A stretch of 64,000 nucleotides of DNA from Nageia nagi (lineage: Eukaryota > Plantae > Pinophyta). The translations under genes were made by a program, and so were the position numbers. Position 1 is the stretch's first letter; each line of letters begins with the position of its first letter. The stretch spans positions 43,028,001 through 43,092,000 of the forward strand of contig JBITNC010000001.1 in NCBI GenBank assembly GCA_050084985.1, read 5' to 3'. This document shows positions 11,501 through 23,500 of this stretch, one piece after another. The notes beneath the pieces were generated by a model that saw only the letters and a list, made by a program, of their open reading frames with translations, did no database searches and was not told the DNA's origin.

Positions 11501-14500
11501 CTCATCAATATAATGATGTCATGTTCAGAGGGTCTTTATTTTCTTCGAGCTATTGATTGCTCAGGGAAAAAGAAGGATGCATAATTCCAGTTCGTCTTGC
11601 TGAAGGAGGCTATTGAGGAGGTGGGATCCTCCAATGTTGTCCAGGTAATCACTTTACTAAGTTTACTTTTAGTTTTCAAATTTATTTTTGTTGTGAAAAT
11701 GCCAAATTTTAATGTTTTAATTTTTTTATGTACAGATAATTACAGATGCAGCCTTTGTTTGCAAGCATGCAGGAAAATTGATAGAGGGCACTTATAGGCA
11801 CATTTTTTGGACCCCTTGTTGCATTCATGCATTGAATAATGCATTGAAGGACATTGGGAAAATAGATTGGGTGAAGCATGTGGTTGCAGAAGCGAGACTT
11901 GCAAATGTTTATTTGCAACCATCATACCTCATTGGCGCTCTTTTGCTCCTCAAAGAAGTTCCTTAAACCTACAAATACAAGATATGCCACTTATTTCATT
12001 TTATTGCAAAGGATGATTGAAGTGCAGGAGGCACTACAATCCATGGTAGTTTGTGTAGAATGGAAGAGATGGCATAATCTCAAACAAAGGAGGGAAAAAG
12101 ACTTAGAGATAAAGTCTTAGATGAGAACTGGTGGGCTGAAGCCAGGTAATAAAGTTTAAAAGTTTCACTATTGTAATTTGAATTTCAAGTTGGATTCATC
12201 ACTAGGTAATGACTAATGACTAATTGTTCAATTAGTTCTCAGATTTTTCACTCTTTTTTTATTGAATGTAGGTACATTGTATTTTTTATTTCCCCAGTTT
12301 TTGAAATGATAAGATATGCCAATACAGATTCTCCCAATTTAGGAAAGATATATGAGACCTTCGATAGCATCCTTGGAGAAATAAAAATAATAATTTATGA
12401 CAAAGATCCTTCTTTTTATGAAGGCCATATTAGACCCATCATAGAGAAGAGGTACTAAATGTTGATTGTTGACTTTAGTTTCAATTTGATTTGTTAACTT
12501 TAGTCTTTAAGTTTATTAATTTTTTATTTTATTTTTTATAGGTGGAATAAGATGAATACTCTTCTCCATATGGCTGCCCATGTGTTGAACCCAAAATGGT
12601 ATGCACCAAAGATTGGGAAAATAGCACCTAATGATGATATTGAGTTGAAAGATGGGTTCATGAACTTCCTTGCCAAGATGTTTTCAAAAGAAGATGGTCG
12701 TATAATTAGAGACGAGTTTGTAAAATTTGTGAGATTTAAGGGTCGTCGTTTCAGCAGGCCAAAGTGCAAGGAGGATAGGGCTACCATTGCCCAAACTGAT
12801 CCTATTGGATGGTGGGAGCTATATAGAGATGATGCTACACACTTGAAGCATCTTGCGATTAGGCTCCTTTCCCAGGTTAGTAGATGCCACTGGCATGCTA
12901 TTAAGTATTGTACTATTGTCTATTGATTATAGACCTATGATTATAGTGTATTTGTCAATTTGAATGATTGTTTGAGATCTTAAATTTCTATTTCTCACAT
13001 AATCAAAAATGAGAAATCTAATTTGAATGATTGTTTGTAGGTTGGTAGTTCATCTGTTGCGGAGAGAAATTGGTCTACCTATGGTTTCATCCATAGTCTG
13101 CGAAAGAATAGACTTACTTCTCGTAGAGTAGAGAAGTTAGTTGCAATGCATAGCTCTCTTCACCTTTGCGAGAGAGTTACGCCAGAGTATAGGGCTAGTC
13201 CAACTGCACGTTGGGACATTGATCCAATGGAGGCAAGCCAACTTGAGGCTGATGAGTCGATGTTTGGATTGCCATTGCATACTCTTCATTTGGATGATGA
13301 GAGCTCAGCAGATGAGGAGGATATGGATACACAACCATTAGCACATGAGCCTATAGACTCATAGAGCCATAGGGCATAAGCAATAGTGGTTATTTTGGCA
13401 TTTTATTTTGTTATTCAAATACTTGTTCGACATACTAATGTCCCCTCTATGTATTTGATTCAATCTTTCAAACCTATGACATTATGATTGTGTTATCAGA
13501 TTTATGATTTCAGATTTTATCATTAGAAATTTACGGTTTACCTTTTATTTATGATTGTCTTGAAGTTGAATTTCGTAGTTTCTAATTTCAATTCCATGTT
13601 TTCTATCTTTAATTTGTATACATGATTAAATTTGATAGTATGATCATTCATCATAATAATAATGAATTGGAAATGATAAAATCTGAAAATTTTTGATAAT
13701 TTTTACTAGTATTATATTTGTCGTTCCCTAGCCGTTCTCTGCAGTTCCTCAAAAATGATCCTATTTTTTCCCCCATTCCCGGATACACGTTCCCCTGTTC
13801 CACTTTTTCCCCATTCCTCAATCGTGTGGAACACTAGTAAAAACAGCAACAAAACAATCAAAAATTCACGGATTTTAAAATTCGTGAATATGGGAAAAAC
13901 ACCAAAAAAAGGTGAAAAACAGAAAAAACAAGAAAAGTTGTGACAAAAAAAACTGGCGAATTTGAGAAAAAAAAATAAACAAAAAATGGAAAAAACAGCC
14001 AAAAAAGAAAAAAACTAACAAAACGATGCGTACGGCAAGTACAGCAAGTTTTTTATGCATGTTTTTTGTGTTTTTTGGCCATTTACATGTCCAATACGGA
14101 AAAAATGGCAAATACGGAAAAAACGTCCACACTTTCATCACGTTTTCAATATTTTTTGCCCATTTAAACGATCATTTTTTGCTAAGTAAAAAATCGGCAT
14201 TTTTTACATTTAAATGGCATTTTGTTATTCTATGATATAATTTATATCTAGTGTGTAAATGGGCATAGAAGTTAGTTTAGGCTTTAAAGATGGTTAGCGA
14301 TTAGGATATGTTAGAATGTAGCGTATAGATTCTCTCTTTGTTGTTGGATGGCAGAATGCAGCAATTTGAATAATCTGTAAACCCAGTTGCTTAGAATTTT
14401 CCTAATGTAAAGGTTAATGAAGTCCCTTTTAAACTTCACTTTTTTATTAATACAAATTGGTCTATTAATCAAAAAAAAATTAGCGTATTTCTCATAATGA

Positions 14501-17500
14501 AAGTTTAATAGAAAGTATTAGAATGAAATAAGTTGTGTCACACTTTAACTAATGGGGCATGGTTCAGATGCTGGTTAGCATTTTCGCAAGAAAAATTCAT
14601 TTAGGCCTTAAAAATGCAAGTTAAAACTGTTTTCTTTGATTATATAAGGGATTGCTGGCATTCCCTCTTCTAAAGGCTTCTCCTATGATGTATATTTTGG
14701 TTTGCGAAACACCCACTGCTTAGCCATGTTCATTGTTGAGGCTTCTATTGACACTAGCACAACATAACCAATCATATCCAAACATTGACATGGTTAGCCA
14801 TATCATAATATGTATGTTATGGACATAAAACTGTCAGCGCTCTACTTTTTGTCTTAAGCACAGCTTTTGACACAGTAGAACATAAACATAGATTACCTCC
14901 TCATATATGTTCAGTATTACCTTTTATGCTCCTCGAAATGTTCGTAAGGTATAATAGATGGATCTTAACTTAAACATGAAATAACAGGTATACATGAGAC
15001 TCAAGACATAATCAGAGCATCATCAACTTCTTCAAGCTTTAGACCTGAGGGCATTGGCCAGTGTCACTCAAACTTTGCCTTGCAACTATTTCTTCAAGCC
15101 ATTTTTAAAACAATTTACCTCCTGAATTTGTAAGCTTTGAGAAATAAATTTTAGTGCAAGATGTTCTAAACTACAGAATAGAGTTAAAAATAAAACTGTA
15201 TTTTGTAACTGAGTTTAAAAGAAAGTTGCAAGTCGGGATTACCCCACTAACTCGAAAAGGTTTGCAAACATCTTGTGTTGCTTGTGTCTTTGACTGCAGA
15301 CATAATAACTTTTCAAATAGCCTGATTGGTGCTATAAGTACATCTCTGCATGATGGTCCAAAAACATTACAAGTCTACCCCAATTATCCTGTCTTTATCA
15401 ACGACCCTCATTTAGACAAGGTTTTAAAAGTCTGTGTTCATACTCATGGTTTTGATATGAAACCCGGTACTGCTCATCTAGCTATACATACCAGAATTAT
15501 GTATCGTTTTACCAATACTTTACAACCCGCAATCAAACATGGTGTGTTAAAAGGTAGTTCTGTTGTTTTAAAAACCGACCCAAAAACTCAAAAAATTGAA
15601 CCACAAGTTATCCAATGGAAAGATGTCCAAATTTCTAGACAATGGATATTAGATACAAACTTCCTCTATATCAGACTTTCTCAATTTCCTGCAGTACCAT
15701 CTCCGTTTCTGACATCTGAACCTCAGCATCCTACACTGCCATCATCAAAGCCAAGTACAACGGTTCCTTTTTACTTCTAACTACTTTCCTCATAGACATA
15801 ACTGCTAATCTCTGAACATTCGCAGTAGATCTTGGTGCAACAGGTCTACCATGCAAAAGAAGTCAAAGGTGATAGATGCATCATTCCCATGTAAACAACC
15901 TTGTGAAGCGTCAGATGCAACACAACATTTCTTTTAAGTATGTGGTGAAGTACTGGGGCATTCCACTCAACATTGTGTTAGATAGAGATGCTCACTTCAC
16001 AAGTAGTTTCTGGTCTCAATTGTTTAAGACCATGGGTACAAAGTTCTTGATGTCCACTAGCTACCACCCTCAGACTGATGGACAAACCAAAAGAAAAAAT
16101 GGATTGTTGGAAGAATACTTGAGACACTATGTTACGGTAGATCAGACTAATTGGCTAGACCTCTTGGACATGGCACAGTTTTGCTACAATAGCCAGAAAC
16201 CGTCTGCTACCAAGTATTCTCCTTTTGAACTAGCAACGAGTAGACAACCTATTGCTCTGCACTTAGTGGTGTCGGAATATTATAATGTAAACCCGTCTGC
16301 AACCATGTACTTGAGACAATGGCAGAAAATAATAGATTGCGCCAGAAAATATTTGCTACAAGCGCAAGAGCGAATGAGAAAAGAAGAAAATAAAGGGCAT
16401 CGAGACTTAGTGCTAAATAAGGGAGACAAGGTTTTTTTCAAAATCGTTGGAGATCACTTTAAGTCAACGCTTGGTACATCAAAGTCCCTTACCCGACGGT
16501 GCGAGGGACCCTTCAAGATTGTTAAGCTGTGGGGAAAGTGGCATACAAGCTGCAGTTGCCTAGCCATATGCATATGTATCCAGTGTTCCATGTGAGTCAA
16601 TTGAGACAATTGATCGAGGATACAAAAAATCCGGAACGGACGCATCAGACCTGACCACCTGCAAGTATTACAAACAAACCAGACAGAGTGGTCAATGTGA
16701 TAAAGGGTGTGAGAACCAAAGGCATTGGGAAAACCAATTTCACTGAGTACTATGTCGGTTGGGAAGGTCGCCCTATAGAAGATGATACTTGAGAACGTGC
16801 CAAAAGCCTCTGGAAATATGAGGATAAGATCCAGGAGTTCCTCACGAAGGGGCACCTGGACACAAGATTCTACTGAGTGAATCCACCTTGGCCTACCGGG
16901 ACTTCCCACCTCGACAGGATAAAGTTGAATGGATCATTCCTCCTACCTTAAGCGTAGGCAAGGTTTGATCAAGGGAACTTGGTGATGTTACCTACGGGTG
17001 CTCAATACTGATCCGTCGATGAGACAGTATTGGACACCGCCTTCAAGGTTGTAAAGTCGAGAAGGTCGTTGACGTGGAAGTCAACACTCCTCTAAGTGGG
17101 GGAGAATGTGAGAGGGCAACCTCTAATGACCCCGGGGTGGTGAGTGGACTTAGAGCACAACCTCTAATACACAAGGATCCATTCCGAACCCGACTACTAT
17201 GGAGAGGAACCACGACGGACTATATGAAAGAGTCCGCTCCTATGGTTGTACTAACAGGACATTTAGGGTGAATAAAGCTCAGAGGGACCTTAGAGGTGAA
17301 ACACGCATGAAGGTCGTTGGTTGGGAGGTGGGTAATGCATCGTAAAAGGATTCCTATAGCCCGAGGGGCCAGGATGAGCCATAAAGGCATGAGGCCTTTG
17401 CCAGCATGTAACTACAGGATTGACGAATGATGTATGAAGCTTAGCATTGGTAGGCCATCGAGGGCCTATACGCGAGCTGCCGCATGGTACTATGAGTGAG

Positions 17501-20500
17501 CCAACCTCGTCGACGGATCGGTATCGAACACCCGTGGGTAACATCACCAAGTTCCCTTGATCAAACCTTGCTTACACTCAAGGTAGGAGGAATGATCCAT
17601 TCAGCTCTATCCTGTCGAGGTGGGAAATCCCAACAGGCCAAGGTAGATTCACTCAGTAGAATCCCGTGTCCAAGTGCCCCTCCGCAAGGAAATCCTGGAT
17701 CTTATCCTCATATTTCCAGAGGCTTTCGGCATGTTCCCAAGTATCATCATCTATAGGGCAACCTTCCCAACCACCATAGTACTTGGTAAAACTCGTTCTT
17801 CCAGTGCCTTTGGTTCTCACACCCTTTATCACACTGACCACTCTGTCTGGTTTATCTGTCATACCTGCAGGTGGTTGGGTTTGATGAATCCATTCCGGAT
17901 TTTCTCTATCCTCCATCACTAGTCTCAACTAACTCACATGGAACACTGGATACATATGCATATGGCTAGGCAACTGCAGCTTGTATGCCACTTTCCCCAC
18001 ACGCTTAACAATCTTTAAGGGTCCCTCGTACCGTCAAGTAAAGGACTTTGATGTACCAGGCGTTGACTTAAAGTGATCTCCAACGATCTTGAGAAAGACC
18101 TTGTCTCCCTCATTTAGCACTAAGTCTCGACACTCTATTTTCTTCATTTCTCATTCGCTTTTGCACTTGCAGCAAATATTCTCTGGCGCAATCTATCATT
18201 TCCTGCCATTATCTCAAGTACATGGTTGCAGACTGGTTTACATTATAATATTCCGACACCACTGAGTGCAAAGCGATAGGTTGTCTACCCGTTGCTAGGT
18301 CAAAAGAAGAATACTTGGTAGTAGATGACTTCTGGCTATTGTAGCAAAACTATGCCATGTCCAGGAGATCTAGCCAATTAGTCTGATCCGCCGTAACATA
18401 GTGTATTAGGTATTCTTCCAACAATCCATTTATTCTCTTGGTCTGTCCATCAGTCTGAGGGTGGTGGCTAGTGGCCATTAACAACTTTGTACCCATGGTC
18501 TTAAACAACTGAGACAAAAACTACTTGTGAAGCGGACATCTCTATCTGACACAATGTTGAGTGGAATGCCCCAGTACTTCACCACATACTTAAAGAAATA
18601 TTATGCTGCATCTGACGGCACACAAGGTTGTTTACTTGGGAATGATGCATCAATCACCCTGACTTCTCTTGCATGGTAGACATGTGGGCACCAAGATCTA
18701 ATGGGAATGTTCAGAGATTAGCAGTTATGTCTCTGAGGAAAGCAGCCAGAAGTAAAAAGGAACCGTTGTATTTGGCTTTGATGATGGCAATGCAAAATGC
18801 TGAGGTTCAAATGTCAAAAACAAAGGTGGTACCGTAGGAAATTGAGGAAGTTTTGGAGAAATATCATGATATAATGCCAATGCAGTTACCAGCCCGCCTA
18901 CCTCCTCGACGTGTCATGGATCACAAGATTGAGTTGATTCCTAGTGCCAAGCCTGCTGCTATTAGGCCTTATAGACTATCACCAAAAGAGATGGTGGAGT
19001 TGAAAAGACAACTGGAGGAATTAATGGCAGCAGTATATCTAAGACCCTCACAATCTCTTTATGGAGCATCGGTATTGTTTCAAAAGAAAAAGGGTGGTTC
19101 CTTAAGGATGTGTGCCGATTACAGGGCTTTGAACAAAATGATTGTGAAAAACATATACCCCCTATTGCTAATTGAAGATTGTTTTGATAGACTGGGGAAT
19201 GCAGTGTATTTCTCTAAGTTAGATTTGAAGCAGGGGTATTATCAAGTTAGAATTGCGAAAAAAGATGAGGAGAAGACGACGTGCATGACTAGATATGGAT
19301 CATATGATTTCATGGTCATGCCGTTTGGTCTGTGTAATGCTCCTGCCACATTTTGCACCTTGATGAATGATGTGTTTCATCCTTACTTTGAAAAGTTTGT
19401 GGTGGTGTACCTGGATGACATTCTCATTTATAGCAAAACGTTGGAAGAGCATGCAATTCATTTAACTAAGGTGTTTGAGAAGTTAAGACTGAATGAGTTG
19501 TATGTTAAAAAGCAGAAGTGTTCTTTTGCTCAAATGGAAGTGCATTTTTTTGGGTCATGTTGTTGGCAATGGAGTGATCATGCCAGAGCAGAAGAAGTTA
19601 GAGGCTATCAGAGATTGGGAGCCGCCCAAAGATATACATCAACTTAGACAATTCTTGGGCTTGACAAATTATTACCGAAAGTTTGTGAGAGGATACTCTA
19701 ACATTGCAACGCCTCTCACCCAATTGTTGAAAAAGAGGACCAAGTGGTGGTGGACGGTAACTTGAGACACGGATTTCAAGGAGTTGAAAAAGAAGCTAAC
19801 TTCCGCACCCATGCTGACCTTACCAGATTTCTCTAAGCCATTTGAAGTACACACCGATGCATCTAAATTTGCCATTGGTAGGGTATTGGTATAAGATGGT
19901 CACCCAGTTGCATATGAGTCACGAAGATGAAGGATGCCGAAAGAAGGTACCCAGCTCTTGATAAAGAGATGGTGGCTATTATCCATTGTTTAAGGGTTTG
20001 GCGACATTATCTCTTGGGAAATCCCTTTGTAGTAAAAACAGATAACATTTCCAACACCTTCTTCAAGTCGTCAAAGAAGTTAACAAGCAAGAAGGCACGT
20101 TGGGCCGATTTCATGGCAAAATATGATGTTAAACTTCAGTACAATCTAGGGAAGACTATTGCAACAGTTGATGCACTTAGTCGCAAACCCAGTTCAAGGA
20201 TGGGAAGAAGCGATGTGGAGGACGAGTAAGTGCCCGCCCCAACTCAAGTGCGGAGAACCCTCTCGCTCACGCTCTCACAACCACAGTGCGGGAAGAAGAA
20301 CCCAACCAGATACAACAAGAGGGCCAGATCATGATGAAAGGCAGTATGATTGAGCGGATCCGTGAGGGAATGACACAGGATCCACAGGCCGATAGAATGA
20401 TTAGCTCAGTGGAGAAGTTTGCTCATGTTAATCGGCTAAACAGTTTTAAGTTGTGTGATGGTTGCTATTTTATGGCCCGAATAGAATCTACATTCCAAAA

Positions 20501-23500
20501 TGGGATGGGTTGAGAAAAGAATTGATGAGGGAGTGCCACAATGCAGCTTGGGTAGGTCATCCGAGAAAGGATAGAACGTTAGCCTTGCTGTCCAGGGGGT
20601 TCTACTGGCCCAACATGTTCAAAGATGTGGAACAACCCTCCTAATTCCAGTGAGTACCATGTGTCAGTGTCAGCATGGATTTATTATTACCAGCCTGCCA
20701 GAAGTGAATGGGCTCACGAGCATAATGGTGGTAGTGGATAGATTCTCTAAGTATACGACCTTTGTCCCATGTAAACAACCTTGTGAGGCGACAAATGCAA
20801 CACAGTATTTCATTAAGTATGTGGTGAAGTACTGAGGCATTCCACTCAACATTGTGTCAGACAGAGATGCCCGCTTCACAAGTAGTTTTGGTCTCAATTG
20901 TTTAAGACCATGGATACAAAGTTGTTGATGTCCACTTGCCATCACCCTCAGACTGATGGATAGACCAAGTGAATAAATGGATTGTTAGAAGAATACTTGA
21001 GACACTATGTTACGGCAAATCAGATTAATTGGCCAGACCTCTTGGACATGGCATAGTTTTGCTACAGTAGCCAGAAGTCATTTGCTACCAAGTATTCTCC
21101 TTTTGAACTAGCAACGGGTAGACAACCTATCGCTCCACACTCAGTGGTGTCAAAATATTATAATGTAAACTCATCTGCAACCATATACTTGAGATAATGG
21201 CAGGAAAGGATAGATTGTGCCAGAGAATATTTGCTGCAAGCGCAAGAGCGAAAGAGAAAGAAGAAAATAAAGGGCGTCGAAACTTAGTGCTAAATGAGGG
21301 AGACAAGGTCTTTCTCAAGATCGTTGGAGATTACTTTATGTCAACGCTTGGTACATCAAAGTCCCTTACCTGATGGTACGAGGGATCTTTTAAGATTGTT
21401 AAGCATGTGGCGAAAGTGTCGTACAGGCTGCAGTTGCCTAGCCATATGCATATGTATCTAGTGTTCCATATGAGTCAATTGAGACCAGTGATCGAGGATA
21501 GATAAAATCTGGAATGGATGTATCAGACCCAAGTTTATCAAAACAATCCTCAATTAGCGGTAGGGGGTATTTGTTCTTCACAGTCAGTCTGTTCAAAGCC
21601 CTGTAATCGACACACATCCTTAGGGAACCATCCTTTTTCTTTTGAAACAACACCAATGCTCCATAAGGAGAGTGTGAGGGTCTCAGATATCCTGCTGCCA
21701 TCAATTCCTCCAGTTGTCTTTTCAACTCCAACATCTCTTTTGGTGATAATCTATAAGGCCTGATAGCAGGAGGCTTGGCACCAGGAATCAACTCAATCTT
21801 GTGATCCACGACACATCAAGGAGGTAGGCAGGCTGGTAACTGCACTGGCATTATATCATGATACTTCCCCATAACTTCCTTAATTTCCTGCGGTATCACC
21901 TCTGTTTCTGACATCTGAACCTTAGCATCCTACACTATCATCATCAAAGCCAAATACCACGGTTCCTTTTTATTTCTGGCTACTTTCCTCAGAGACATAA
22001 CTGCTAATCTCTGAACATTCCCAGTAGATCTTGGTGCACACAGGTCTACCATGCAAGATAAGTTAGGGTGATAGATGGCAAGTTTATTCAGGTGGGAAAG
22101 GGTAGTAGCTTGGGCAGTTCTAATGAAAGATTGGCCTAGGATAAGATCAAAGTCATCAAGAGGAATGGTAAAGAGCTTGATCGTCCCAACCCATCTTCCT
22201 ACTTGGAGTACATTGTCGGTTTTCCCTACTTGCTCTGCGGGACGATTCCTCAACTTGATCGAATGACCAATCGAAGAGTTCCTCAGACCCATTTCCTTGA
22301 TGACGCGGGTAAAAGCATAGTTGTTGGAGGCACCTTGGTCTACGAGGGCAACAATAGGTCTACCATTTAGGATAACTTCAACAAAGTTTAGAGATTAGGG
22401 AGCATCCTCGTCAATCACAACCATCTTCCCTTCAAACAAGGAAACTGTATTCAGGAGTTTGACTGTGCTGGTCGAGGTGCTCGAAGGAGGGAGCATCATA
22501 GGAATAGCAGAATTAGTCGGAGATAAGAAGACAACGTGCGTGACTAGATATGGATCATATGATTTCATGGTCATGTCGTTTGGTCTATGTAATGCTCCTG
22601 CCACATTTTGCACCTTGATGAATAATATCTTCCGTCCTTACCTTGATAAGTTTGTGGTGGTGACCTAGATGACATTCTCATTTATAGCAAAGCGTTGAAA
22701 GAGCATGCAATTCATTTAACTAAGGTGTTTGAGAAGTTAAGACAAAATGAGTTGTATGATAAAAAAGAGAAGTGTTCTTTTGCTCAGACAAAAGTGCATT
22801 TTTGGGTCATGTTGTTGGCAATGGAGTGATCAAGCTAGAGCAAAAGAAGTTAGAGGCTATCAGAGATTGGGAGCCGCCCAAAGATATACATCAACTTAGA
22901 CAATTCTTGGGCTTGGCAAATTATTACCAAAAGTTTGTGAGAGGATACTCTTAGATTGCAACACCTCTTACCCAATTGTTGAAAAAGGGGACCAAGTGGT
23001 GGTGGACAGTAACTCGAGATGCGGCTTTTAAGGAGTTGAAGAAGAAGCTAACTTCCACACCTGTGCTGACCTTACCAAATTTTTCTAAGCCATTTGAAGT
23101 ACACACCGATGCATCTAATTTTGCCATTGGTGGGGTATTGGTACAAAATGGTCACCCGATTGCATATGAGTCACAAAAGATGAAGGATGCCGAGAGAAGG
23201 TACCCAACTCATGATAAAGAGATGGTGGTTGTTATCCATTGTTTAAGGGTTTGGCGACATTACCTCTTGGAAAATCCCTTTGTAGTAAAAACAGATAACA
23301 TTTCCAACACCTTCTTCAAGTCGTCAAAGAAGTTAACGAGCAAGAAGGCACGTTGAGCCGATTTCATGGCAAAGTATGATGTTGAACTTCAGTACAATCC
23401 AGGGAAGACTAATGCAGCAGCTGATGCACTTAGTCGTAAACCCCAATTCAAGGATGGGGAAGTGGCTAATGTGGAGGACGAGCAAGGGCTTGCCCCAACT

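Larger units (their letters stand above)
8680..14479 (+). mobile_element. Degenerate L1 LINE (ORF1 remnant and probable 3' end), split by DNA transposons
   Basis: [27 protein letters not shown] near 9247-9328 (DUF4283-type); [24 protein letters not shown] zinc knuckle; A-tail ctattaatcaaaaaaaaa at 14462-14479. Linking the two halves is inference. Confidence 0.6.

Noticed and set aside
13712-14235. Phe-rich or Lys-rich ORFs
   Set aside because: Translation of A/T-tract low-complexity transposon termini
15154-15780. 208-aa ORF as a real MP fusion gene
   Set aside because: It starts at GTG in unrelated flank and its tail is antisense gypsy sequence; only the central part resembles MP
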